Shown piece after piece: positions 18,931 through 29,400 of a DNA stretch of 64,000 bases (its first letter is position 1; the number at the start of each line of letters is the position of its first letter). The DNA is from a virus: positions 49,522-113,521 of IMG/VR virus record IMGVR_UViG_3300027763_000036. One strand, 5' to 3'. The notes beneath the pieces were generated by a model. That model did not search any database. It had not been told where the DNA came from and was given only the letters and a program-made list of their open reading frames with translations. The translations under genes were made by a program, and so were the position numbers.

Positions 18931-21900
18931 ATGGCAGAGCAAGAATTATTTGATCCTCTAGATCCACTAGGACCAGAGTATGGAAGAATAAATCAACCTA
19001 TACCAGATGCAAAAGGTTTATCTGCATTTGAAGGAGATTTAATTGATATGCCAAAAGCTAACATTCCCACAAGGAATGAATCTTTTTTTCCATCTATTGC
19101 AAATATTGAAAATTTAAATAGACCTAACAGAGAGATTAAACATAATCTTGTTAAGACTAATGCTGTTAACCCTAGTATCCCAAAGAAGCCTATTGATATA
19201 AATCAATATAATAAGTCTACTAGTCAGTATATTCAATCTTTTTTTCAAGCTAATCAGGATAAAAATAACTATGCTAAAATCTATTCATATAATGCTGGAC
19301 CAGATGGTAATGCATTCTATAAAAGATATGCTGCATATGGACAAAAGAAATTTGATGAAGTTGGTTTCTCTCCACTAAGAGATAATGAAGCAAACTTTAA
19401 TGCCAATACAACAAAATGGGAAAACTTCTCTACAATGATGGCGCATTCTTTTATTCCATTATTTACAAGAGGTTTTGTTTCTGGTCCTAAGAGTTTAGGT
19501 AAAATGCTAACAGGAGATTTTACCTCTGGAGATTTAGAAGATGCAAGAGCTTATGAAGAAGCAGCTGCTATAGGTAACTCAAGTAAAGGTGGCATTTTTG
19601 GTTTTGTTAATAATACTGTAATGAACTTTGGTTATACTGCAGGTATTATTGGTGAAGCTGTAGCAGAAGAAGCTGCAGGAGCATTATTAGCTGCACCAAC
19701 AGGTGGTAGTAGTTTAATTGCAACTACTGCAAATAACTTATTAAAAATTCCAAAACTGTTTAAAGGATTAAATTCAGCAAAGAAAGGTTATGATGCTGTA
19801 AGAAAAACATTGAAACTTACTGAATCCGTAAGTGGTGCAAGAAATTTCTGGAATGCTGCAAGATCATCTGAGTTTTTAAAGTCAAGTGTTCAAGCATTAA
19901 ATCCTTTGGAAAATACAATGCATGCATTTAGAGGTTTTAAACAAGCTGATAATTTAACTGACATGGCTATCTTATCAAAAACTGCTGGTGGATTCTACAG
20001 AGATGTTAGAAAAATAAACATGGCACTATCTGAGGCTAGACTAGAAGCTGGTATGGTGGAGAATCATGTTTATGATAAGCTTTATAATGAAGCATACATA
20101 GCAAATAATAATGAAGTACCTAATAATAAAGAGCTTGCTGAAATTGAGAAACAAGCTAAGGATGCTTCTTATGAAACTTTACTAGAGAATACAGCATTAA
20201 TATATGTAAGTAATGGTATTACATTTCACAATATTACTGGACCTAAAGGTGGTATAAGAAACTTTATTAAATCTACTACAGATGACATATATGATATTGC
20301 ATCAAGAGAGGGTAGTAAGAACTTTGGTAAAATAGGTAAAGTTGTTTATGATAGAGCGGCAAAGAAGTTTGCTATTGAAAAAAACAATTTAAAAACTTTA
20401 GCTAAAGGTTGGTTAAAAAATCCAGTATATAAATCTGTTGGAAACACCGTAGGTTACTTTAAGGCTAACTTTACAGAAGGTATTCAAGAAAACTTACAGG
20501 AAACAATTGCGGAAGCTAATGAAAGATATTTTCTTGATAGCTATAAAAGCCCTACTCTTCAGACCATGCTTTACTCTAGAGCAGCAATGCGTGCTATCAA
20601 TAGAGATAAGTTAGATTATTTCAGTGAGTCATGGGCAGAACAAAATCCTTTTACAGCAAAAGGTGCTGAAACATTTGCTTCTGGTTTTTTTATGGGGACT
20701 CTTGCGGGACCGTTAAACAGTGCAGTTCCTTTTCTTAGTTCTAACTGGAATAGAATGTTCCATAAAGAACAATATCAAAAATGGAAAGAGGCTCAAACAA
20801 CTGTTGCTCAAAATTTAGTTAGCCAACTGAATGATATGGATCTTGGAACTTTTATGTCAGAGGAAATGCAAAATCTTGGAGCTCAAGATTTAGTAGGTGC
20901 TTTAAGAGCAAGAGAAAATAAAAAAGCAGGATTAGATAGTGAAGTAGAATCTTATATATCACAAGTTCAGAAATTAAAAAATACAGGTACCTTTGGTATA
21001 TTTAAAGAAAAACTTGAAGGATTAAAAGAACTTACTGATGAAGAGTTTGCTGATGCTGTAAATATTGATTTAGAAAAAGTTCCTAAATATAGAACCCGTA
21101 TTGATAAATCTATAGCTAGATTAGATAAGATAAAAGGCCTATATGAAAGAGTGGAAAAAAAATTTCCTAATCCTATTAGTAACATAGATGATTTAGATAA
21201 AAATGATCCTAACTATGAAGAAAAAAAACTTTTAGGGAATGCTTGGAATTTAGCTACAAGAAATATGGTTTTCTTCAATGAGACCTATGATGATATACTT
21301 GAAAGAAGAGCAAAGATAGATGCAAAGTTTAATTCTAACCCTAAGTTTCAAAAGATAGATAATAAACAAAGAAATCTTTTATTCAACCCTCTTGTGCCAG
21401 AAGGACAGTTTAGTAAAGACTCTGGAGACATGGTTGAGGAAATTGACATATTAAAAAAAGAATTAGCACTAGAAAAAGAGTTAGGTAAAAATTCTAATAA
21501 GATAAAAGGTCTTGAAGAAAAAATAAAAATTACTACTGACTATGTAGAGAAGTTTAAGAATTTTGATTTATTCTTTAATAGAAGCGGATACATAGAAAAG
21601 TATGCTGAGGATATTAAAAAAGCAACTGGTAAAGATGCTACTTCAGAAGAGATAATGGAATATATGGATTCTGATCTTGGAGGAAGTTTAGATGAAAACA
21701 ATCCAACTGGGCAAAGAATTATTTCTGAGCTAAGAGACTCTTACAAAAACTATCTTAAAACTTTAGGTAAACAAAAAGGTGAGGATATATTCAGTGAAGA
21801 TCTAGATCTTACATTTGAAGCATTAATGGATTACTATAAACTTGGTCATGAGAAAGTAAACATTGCAAAATATGTAGAGCTATTTAATGACTCAGATGCT

Positions 21901-24900
21901 TTCTTAGATATAGTAAGAAGGAATACTGATTGGATGAGAGTTCAAAATGGTAGAAGAGTAAAGTATTTTGAAGATCTAATTAGATCTGAGATGGATAAAG
22001 TAAGAGCTAACGCATTACTAAATTCATTAGCTGATAAAGGCTTGTACATGAGTCTTGAGGATATGGGGAACTATATGAATAATGGTATTCCGCCTAAAGA
22101 GATTTTTAACAATATTACTAAAGAAATATATAGAATAGGTGATCCTAAGTATGCTGAGATCTATCAAGAATATTTTCAAAAAAATGATGATTTAAAGTCT
22201 GATTTAAACCCTAGAAAAACAGGAATTTTAGATGATGCATATCAAAAACAAATTGATGATTTTGAAGCTAAGAAACAAGAAGAGATAGATAAGCTTGAAA
22301 AGAAACCTACAAGAAGAGAGACTGGAGAAGTAAAAGGTAAAGATCGGAATAAAACTTTTTCAGCTACTGAGGCAAGTAATCAATTAGCTAATAATGAATA
22401 TGTAGAACTTAAGATTAACAAAGACTCAGAGCCAATAGTATTATTCAAAGATGCTGAAGGTAATATTCACATGGATGATGTTGATGGAGAACTTGTAGAT
22501 GTTAGAGATATAAAAGATAGATTCTTAGAAGGAAAAAGATATGTAGTAGAAATGCTACCAGATCCATTAGAGGTAGAAAGAATTACAAATGTCTACAATG
22601 CTAAAATAGAGGGTGTGTTTAAAGCATATGCTGCAGATAAAGATTCTGTAGATCTTGAAGTTCCATATGAAGAAGTTACTCAAGAAAGTAATCTTAATAC
22701 ACCTGACTTAATTGATTTTAGAAATTCTTTATATGTAGCATATCAAGAAGAGTATGTTGAAAATCTTTCTGCAGAACAACAAGAAGCTTTGTTAGAAGAT
22801 TCTGACTTAGATCAAGAAACATTTGAGAAGTGGTATTCTTTGCCTGAAAATAAAAAATACTTTGATGAGTATAATAATGAAAACAGACCAGCTATCTCAG
22901 AAAAGGAAACTGTCCTTAGTGTTAATGGGGTTACTGTAGATACTAAGAACAGAACCCTTGAACAATTATTTGAGATTAGAAATACACTTGCAGATAAGTT
23001 AACTATAGCAAATGAAGATATAGAGCTTCTAGATGATGAGACTGAAAAAGAAGAAAAGAAACAAGCACAAAAAGTAATAGATGCTTTAGCTTTAGATTTA
23101 AAAAATCTTAATGTTATTATTGCAGCAAGACAGTTTGCAAAATATCCAGAGGAAATAAAAGATTCTGTAAGAAGTATCCAAAAGTTATTTAAAGCCCAGG
23201 ATAAAGTTGAAAGAGTAACGCTTACAGAAGATGATGAAGTAACAGGATTAAAGAAAGGACAAAAAGCATATAGAGTAAATGGGAAGATTCATAGAAGAAT
23301 GACCCAAGCTATGCATGATGTTATTGATCAAAAATATGAGTATAAAGGACAAGAAGATGTAGATACTGTATTCAATCAAACAATAGGTAAGAATGGTTTA
23401 AATCCAGCTTCTGCAAAAGAGTTTGTAGATAGATTAAGAATACTTGCCGAAGATGATAAAAAGCTTCCAGGAACAAATAAAATATTCTTTGATAAGTTAC
23501 AAGATCAGTTATTGGTATTACCATCTAGAACTGTTGAACAGATTAAACTTGAAAATCAAAAGTCTGAAATATTAACTAAAGCAGATAAAGAAAAAGATGC
23601 TGCTAAGAAAGAAGCATTATATGAGCAAGCTGTAGAAATTCAAAATAAAATTGATGGTGTTACAGCTCCTGTTTCTACAGATGCTAAAGCTGATATAGAA
23701 AGAAAGTCTGGTGAGTCTGTAAAAGACTTTATGGAAAGACTATTTTCTAATAATTATTTTACGGAAGTATCTGGAAAACAAATATTTAGTTTAACACAAG
23801 GAAGATGGGGAGTTATTGTTAATATAGATGGTGTACAGGTACCTTTTTATCAATCTACTTCTGGTACAGATACTAAAGTAAAAGGTCAGTGGTATCCGTT
23901 TTTTGGAGATCAAGGTAATTGGGTTATAAAAGGTAATAGTGATGATTCTAATATAGGATATGGTTTCAAAGCTATACAAGATGTACAATCTTTTTTAAAT
24001 AATAATATAAAAGAAACAGATGCTATAGCCTTAAGTGGTATTATATCTAAAGAAGTTCTTCAAAATCAAAGTTCATTAAGAATGTTAGATGAATCCAAAA
24101 TAAAAGGTAATGAAAAAATATCTTTAAATAAAGAAGCAACTGCAGAAAGATTAGCTAGTGTAGCAGGTTATTCACTTGAAGAAGGAAGAAAAACTAAATC
24201 AGATTCAGAATTATTTCAGTTAGCATCTAAAAAAATATTTGCAGAACTAGCTTCTTTAGGTACAGCAGAAACAGTTGCTAAAGATAATTTTGATATTGCT
24301 ACCAAGAAGAACGGTATTAAAGATATAACAGATGTATTCTTTGCAGAACAATCTTATCAAGATGGTAGAGATGCAGGTGATTTCTTTGACTTAGCTAAAG
24401 ACTATTTAGAGTCTGGTAAAAAACCAGAGTTTAATGAAAACATAATTACAAGAGAAGCATATGATAATTTAATAGGAGTTTTAGATCCAATTAAAAGTAA
24501 GATAGAGTCTGGAGAACTATATATTGTAGGTAGAGATCTTGTTGTATATGATTCAGATATAGACCTTGGTAATGATAGAAGAGATAGAATAGCTGGGGAA
24601 ATTGACCTTATCTTAGTTGATAAAGATGGTATTTATGTTTTAGATATTAAATCTGGGGAAGCATCTAAATTTCTAAACTTTAATAATTTAAGTAGTAAAC
24701 AAAAGATATTTAGCAAAAGGAATGAGTATACTCTTCAAACAGCTGGATATGCTACTATGTTAGAAAGAATGATAGATAGAAGAGTAGCTGGTCTAGCTAT
24801 GCTTCCTATACAAAGAGCATCTAATAAAGAAACAAACCAAGTAATTGAAGTTAAGAAACCTATAAATCCTGATCTCTATGAAGAAATTAATTACAAAAGA

Positions 24901-26427
24901 GATGCAGACGGGAATATAATTCTTAGTAAAGAAATAGATCCAAAAACTGGTAAGCCATTTAATGAAAAACAATTTGAAAAAACTAAAAAGAAATACAAGT
25001 ATGATTTCTTAGTTCCTTTATATAGAGAATCTGTACAAGAAGAAATAGATAAGTTGTTTGGTAAAAAAGAAGGTAAACTTGCCCCGGGAGCTAAGAGAAC
25101 TTTATCACGTAGATATAGTTTATTTAGAAGTGCTTTAGAACAGATTACTGATGAGGAGAGTAAAGCAAACATAGATAAAATTAGAAGAGCTGAAAAACTT
25201 ATAAATGATGCTGTTGAGAAAGATGGAATAATTATACCAGATGATATTGCTAATCTACTTGCACAAAAGAAACAAGCACTAAGAGCTTATACGGGTAAAG
25301 AAGTTATTAAAAGTATAATTAAAAAATATAAAGAAGATTTATCTGACACAGAGAAAAAAGTAAAAGATCAAAAAGAAGCACTGGAAAAAATAACTAGTAA
25401 TATTTCATTTGATGATATAGATAAATCTAAACTTGAAGATGGTACTGATTTCATAGAAGAGCAATTAGCAAAAGATAAAGACTTTGCATTTTACTATAAA
25501 AAGCATGATGACTTTAAGGAAGAAGATTCTAAAGATGCTGCTGAAGTTCAAAAATTAACTATCTTAACAATGAAGGCATCTAGATTATTAACAGATCAAG
25601 ATATAGAAGATGACTTAATTGATGAGCTTACAATGGCTGATGCTTCTGAGTTAATACATGAAGGAGTTAAAAGAATTCAGTATTTAAAAACTGAAACTAC
25701 AGATAATAAAACTCTCAAGGAATTAAAAGATTATCAATCCAAAATTTCTTTGCTTACTAGAACAATAGGCCTTAATACAAATAATCTTAATATTTTAGAG
25801 ACTCTTGAAGCAGCAGAGTTTAATGCAGAACAAGGACTTATGGATCTAGCTTATGAGCAGATATCTAAAAAAATTCAGAATCTTGAGGATGAGTTAAATA
25901 GAAACTATACTAAACCAAGTCGTAGGACAGATATTAATAAAGAGCTTGTTAATTTTAATAAATTCAAAGAAGCACTAGCTCTTGCTTATGAGATACCAAT
26001 AGATATATTTGAAAATATAGTAGAAGAAGAGGAGGAAGTAATAGAAGATGAGTATGATAATGTAATTAAAGTAGGGGATACAGTTTATTCTAGAACTGGT
26101 ACTGATACAACACCATATACAGTAAAAGAAATTACTCCTAAAAATTATATTCTTAAAGATCCAAAAGGTAAAGAAATATCAGTTGAAATTAGTAAATTTG
26201 ATGAACAATACATAACAGAAAGTGAGATGAATGCTGGTGAAACTACACCTCCGGGATACAATCCTACAGAAGGTGAAAAATCTGTAATGCAAGAAAGCCA
26301 AATGTCAGTAGATGATTTCTTAAGAAAAGCTGAAGAAGATAAGGCTAAAGCTTACCAGGAAGGAGTTAGCAATACGCTTGCTCAAAATAGAGAGAACTTA
26401 TTAAATAAAACAAAAGACTGTCCATAA
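18931..26427 (+). CDS. Giant virion ejection protein with PD-(D/E)xK nuclease-like domain
   Basis: 2498 aa. Hydrophobic/Gly-rich segments and 'EGIQENLQE' in the N-terminal third; 'IAGEIDLILVDKDGIYVLDIKSG...YTLQTAGY' (about 24590-24760) is a RecB/Cas4-like nuclease motif set. Single Cys, penultimate residue. Confidence 0.7.
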   Translation: MAEQELFDPLDPLGPEYGRINQPIPDAKGLSAFEGDLIDMPKANIPTRNESFFPSIANIENLNRPNREIKHNLVKTNAVNPSIPKKPIDINQYNKSTSQYIQSFFQANQDKNNYAKIYSYNAGPDGNAFYKRYAAYGQKKFDEVGFSPLRDNEANFNANTTKWENFSTMMAHSFIPLFTRGFVSGPKSLGKMLTGDFTSGDLEDARAYEEAAAIGNSSKGGIFGFVNNTVMNFGYTAGIIGEAVAEEAAGALLAAPTGGSSLIATTANNLLKIPKLFKGLNSAKKGYDAVRKTLKLTESVSGARNFWNAARSSEFLKSSVQALNPLENTMHAFRGFKQADNLTDMAILSKTAGGFYRDVRKINMALSEARLEAGMVENHVYDKLYNEAYIANNNEVPNNKELAEIEKQAKDASYETLLENTALIYVSNGITFHNITGPKGGIRNFIKSTTDDIYDIASREGSKNFGKIGKVVYDRAAKKFAIEKNNLKTLAKGWLKNPVYKSVGNTVGYFKANFTEGIQENLQETIAEANERYFLDSYKSPTLQTMLYSRAAMRAINRDKLDYFSESWAEQNPFTAKGAETFASGFFMGTLAGPLNSAVPFLSSNWNRMFHKEQYQKWKEAQTTVAQNLVSQLNDMDLGTFMSEEMQNLGAQDLVGALRARENKKAGLDSEVESYISQVQKLKNTGTFGIFKEKLEGLKELTDEEFADAVNIDLEKVPKYRTRIDKSIARLDKIKGLYERVEKKFPNPISNIDDLDKNDPNYEEKKLLGNAWNLATRNMVFFNETYDDILERRAKIDAKFNSNPKFQKIDNKQRNLLFNPLVPEGQFSKDSGDMVEEIDILKKELALEKELGKNSNKIKGLEEKIKITTDYVEKFKNFDLFFNRSGYIEKYAEDIKKATGKDATSEEIMEYMDSDLGGSLDENNPTGQRIISELRDSYKNYLKTLGKQKGEDIFSEDLDLTFEALMDYYKLGHEKVNIAKYVELFNDSDAFLDIVRRNTDWMRVQNGRRVKYFEDLIRSEMDKVRANALLNSLADKGLYMSLEDMGNYMNNGIPPKEIFNNITKEIYRIGDPKYAEIYQEYFQKNDDLKSDLNPRKTGILDDAYQKQIDDFEAKKQEEIDKLEKKPTRRETGEVKGKDRNKTFSATEASNQLANNEYVELKINKDSEPIVLFKDAEGNIHMDDVDGELVDVRDIKDRFLEGKRYVVEMLPDPLEVERITNVYNAKIEGVFKAYAADKDSVDLEVPYEEVTQESNLNTPDLIDFRNSLYVAYQEEYVENLSAEQQEALLEDSDLDQETFEKWYSLPENKKYFDEYNNENRPAISEKETVLSVNGVTVDTKNRTLEQLFEIRNTLADKLTIANEDIELLDDETEKEEKKQAQKVIDALALDLKNLNVIIAARQFAKYPEEIKDSVRSIQKLFKAQDKVERVTLTEDDEVTGLKKGQKAYRVNGKIHRRMTQAMHDVIDQKYEYKGQEDVDTVFNQTIGKNGLNPASAKEFVDRLRILAEDDKKLPGTNKIFFDKLQDQLLVLPSRTVEQIKLENQKSEILTKADKEKDAAKKEALYEQAVEIQNKIDGVTAPVSTDAKADIERKSGESVKDFMERLFSNNYFTEVSGKQIFSLTQGRWGVIVNIDGVQVPFYQSTSGTDTKVKGQWYPFFGDQGNWVIKGNSDDSNIGYGFKAIQDVQSFLNNNIKETDAIALSGIISKEVLQNQSSLRMLDESKIKGNEKISLNKEATAERLASVAGYSLEEGRKTKSDSELFQLASKKIFAELASLGTAETVAKDNFDIATKKNGIKDITDVFFAEQSYQDGRDAGDFFDLAKDYLESGKKPEFNENIITREAYDNLIGVLDPIKSKIESGELYIVGRDLVVYDSDIDLGNDRRDRIAGEIDLILVDKDGIYVLDIKSGEASKFLNFNNLSSKQKIFSKRNEYTLQTAGYATMLERMIDRRVAGLAMLPIQRASNKETNQVIEVKKPINPDLYEEINYKRDADGNIILSKEIDPKTGKPFNEKQFEKTKKKYKYDFLVPLYRESVQEEIDKLFGKKEGKLAPGAKRTLSRRYSLFRSALEQITDEESKANIDKIRRAEKLINDAVEKDGIIIPDDIANLLAQKKQALRAYTGKEVIKSIIKKYKEDLSDTEKKVKDQKEALEKITSNISFDDIDKSKLEDGTDFIEEQLAKDKDFAFYYKKHDDFKEEDSKDAAEVQKLTILTMKASRLLTDQDIEDDLIDELTMADASELIHEGVKRIQYLKTETTDNKTLKELKDYQSKISLLTRTIGLNTNNLNILETLEAAEFNAEQGLMDLAYEQISKKIQNLEDELNRNYTKPSRRTDINKELVNFNKFKEALALAYEIPIDIFENIVEEEEEVIEDEYDNVIKVGDTVYSRTGTDTTPYTVKEITPKNYILKDPKGKEISVEISKFDEQYITESEMNAGETTPPGYNPTEGEKSVMQESQMSVDDFLRKAEEDKAKAYQEGVSNTLAQNRENLLNKTKDCP

Positions 26428-29400
26428 TGATAACATGTAGCATTAATAATATTGAAATTGTAAAGGCTTTATATGCAGATGTAAGTGGTGCTCTAAAGAA
26501 AGCTCAAGATTCTAAAAAAGACTTTGATCATAAGGACTATATGAAAAAGTTATTCAAAGATCTTTCTGAACAATCATCACCAGAAGTAGCTGCTAAATAT
26601 TTACAGTCTGTACCAAAAATAATCATTGATGCACAAAACAATTATTTTGAAGATCTTTTTGTTAATCTAAATGCTTTAAGTAAACTAAATCAAGATTTTA
26701 AAAATTCTGACACAGGTGTCACAGCTGTAATTAAAGAATTAGGTGATACTTCTAATCTTGGTGAAAAAAAAGATAATTTACAGAATAAAAAAAATAATTC
26801 GATTAATTTAAATCAAAATCCTGTAGCACCAAAACCAGTAGTAAGATTACCACAAAGATTTAGAACATTAACTCCTTTTGGTGGTACTTTACAATCTTAT
26901 ATTAAGATTGATCCAAATTTAAAAGAACAATCTATTACTCCTGAAAGTATAAATCAGGAGTTACTCTATATGATTAGAACCTTTGATAAGATTAAAGAAA
27001 TTCAAAATACTACTGATACACTTAATGGAGTTGTTTATGATGGAGTAAAACTTCACTTTAAGTCTATTACTCTTAGTGCATATGATAAGCCTGAAAATCA
27101 AAAATATTTAGATGCAGATACTAAAGCTTTAATTGCTAAATCAGCAAGTATAATTAATCAAGGTACAGCTCCAAAAGATGTTGTTCAAATAACTGAACTT
27201 CCTATACTTTTATTAAGTGATATAGATGGTAATGTTCTTTATTTTGATAATAATGGAAACATAACTACTGAAGATTCTGGTAAGCCAGTATATCAGTTTA
27301 TGAGAACTGTTAGAAAAGATGGAAATACTTTTTCTGTTACTAATAGATATAATACTGAAGACTTACTAATTACTCCTGAAGATTTTGCAGATGCAACATA
27401 TGATGAAGCTATAGATGGTCCAAAAGATAAATATTTAGTATCTGTAAAAGAAATGATGCAAAAAGAAATGTCAGACTTATATGACATTCAACAAAGAGTA
27501 ATTTCTGGACAAGAGATGATACTTCCTATTACAGGAATTAGTAATGGTATACCCGCAAATTTGTCTGCTACAAAAATAACTTTGAGCAACTTATTAAATT
27601 TGCCAACACTAAATGCAAATCCTATTGGTGTAATTAAAACAATTAGAACAATACCTATTGCACAAGATGGATTTAATACTGGTTCAGCTTTTATTCAGTT
27701 GAATGGTAATAAATTTTTTATTGAAAGACCTTTAATAACACAAGACTTAGCAGTTGAGATTGCTGATGTTTTAACTAATCCTAATATTTCTAATGCTGCA
27801 AAACAAGAATATACAGATCAGTTTTTAAAGGGATACTCCACAAATAATTCAAGTAAAAAATTTACCTTAATATATTCTAAAAATGGTAAATCAATTTACT
27901 TTAATATGTTTGAAAAGTTTTATCAAACAGATCCAAAAGATATAAAAGAAAAACTAGACTTACACTCCTCATATTTAAAAACATTAGATCAATCACAAAT
28001 TGATAAGTATAAGGAAACAATTATAAAGTATTTAACTAAAGAAGGGACTAAAGCTAATCAAGGAAGAATAAATATAATATTTCAAAATGCAGCTTTAGAG
28101 AGTGGTAAGTACACAAGGTTAAATGATGCTGGTACTGGATTTAATAGAAATGCTGATTATCATACTTTCCTTACAACTACAGATTCTGAAATTTCTTTAA
28201 CTAATGCTGATCCTGGATTCTATAATTATGTAGTTAATTTTACAACATTTGATACACCTGTTGGAGAGTTTATTAATGCTGAGAAGAATGAAAAAGATTC
28301 TAAGCTTATAGATGCTGAGTTAAATAGAGTAATTGGAAATGCATTATCAAACGAATATAAGGCTAAAGTTAAACAAGAAGATCCTACTCAACAAAGACCT
28401 TATGATAGTTTTTTAGTCACTAGATACTTAAGAGATCAGATATCTACTGTCTATAACAAATCACAGAGCAAAACTTTTGTGCAAGGTCTTATAGATGCAT
28501 TAAAGGGTCCGTTATATAGTTACTTGCATTTACGTGACGCACAAATAAAGATTCTTCAGGACAAATTAAATATAACTAATTTCCAAACTGTTACACCTGC
28601 ACCAACTGCTAAGCCTCCTGTTCAAGAGGAAATAGTAGATGTAATAGAAGTTCTAGGAGCAGAATCTCCACAAGACAATACTGTAGTTAATAGAATATTT
28701 AATGAAGATACTACAGAAGATGATAGTATATTTTTTGATAGAGCTGGTATTAAAAAAGAGTTTATTAATCCATTAAAAATTGTACAAGCTAAGATATGGT
28801 GGAATAGTAAAAAAATGGAGCCAATGAGAAAACTCATAGAGTTTGACCGTATGCTTAACATTGTAAACTCAGATAGTTATGCAAGATTTATTGTAGCTGG
28901 AGCTACTCTTGCTGACACAGGTACATTAGGTACTATATTAGTTAATAAAGAGAAAGGTACAGTATTTCAAAACCTTACAATTTATCATGAGGCATGGCAC
29001 GTATTCTCTCAGTTGTTCTTAACTAAAAAACAAAAGTCAGATTTATATAACGAGCTACTCAATTATACAGATGCTAAAGGAAATACTCCTTATGCAAAGA
29101 TGAGTCTTAGAGAATTAGAGGAGATGCTTGCAGAAGATTTCCGTAACTATGTTAAAACAGGTAAAGCAAAACAAGGTGCTCAAAAAAGAAATAGTTTATT
29201 CAGAAAAATAGTTGAGTTCTTAAAACAACTATTTGGTAAAGTATTAAAGAAATTTAAAAAACAAGAAATTGTAATTAATAGTCTTAACTCGCCAATGGCA
29301 GCAAGATTATTTAATGAATTATACATAGGAGAATTTAATAAGTATTCTCCTAGTATAACTAATCAAATGTTTACTAAGCTAGATAGAGGACCAAGACAAA

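Noticed and set aside
26419-26438. Split-intein trans-splicing as the explanation for terminal Cys
   Set aside because: No Hint-domain motifs (TxxH block, C-terminal HN) near either terminus, and the Cys residues are not at position 1.
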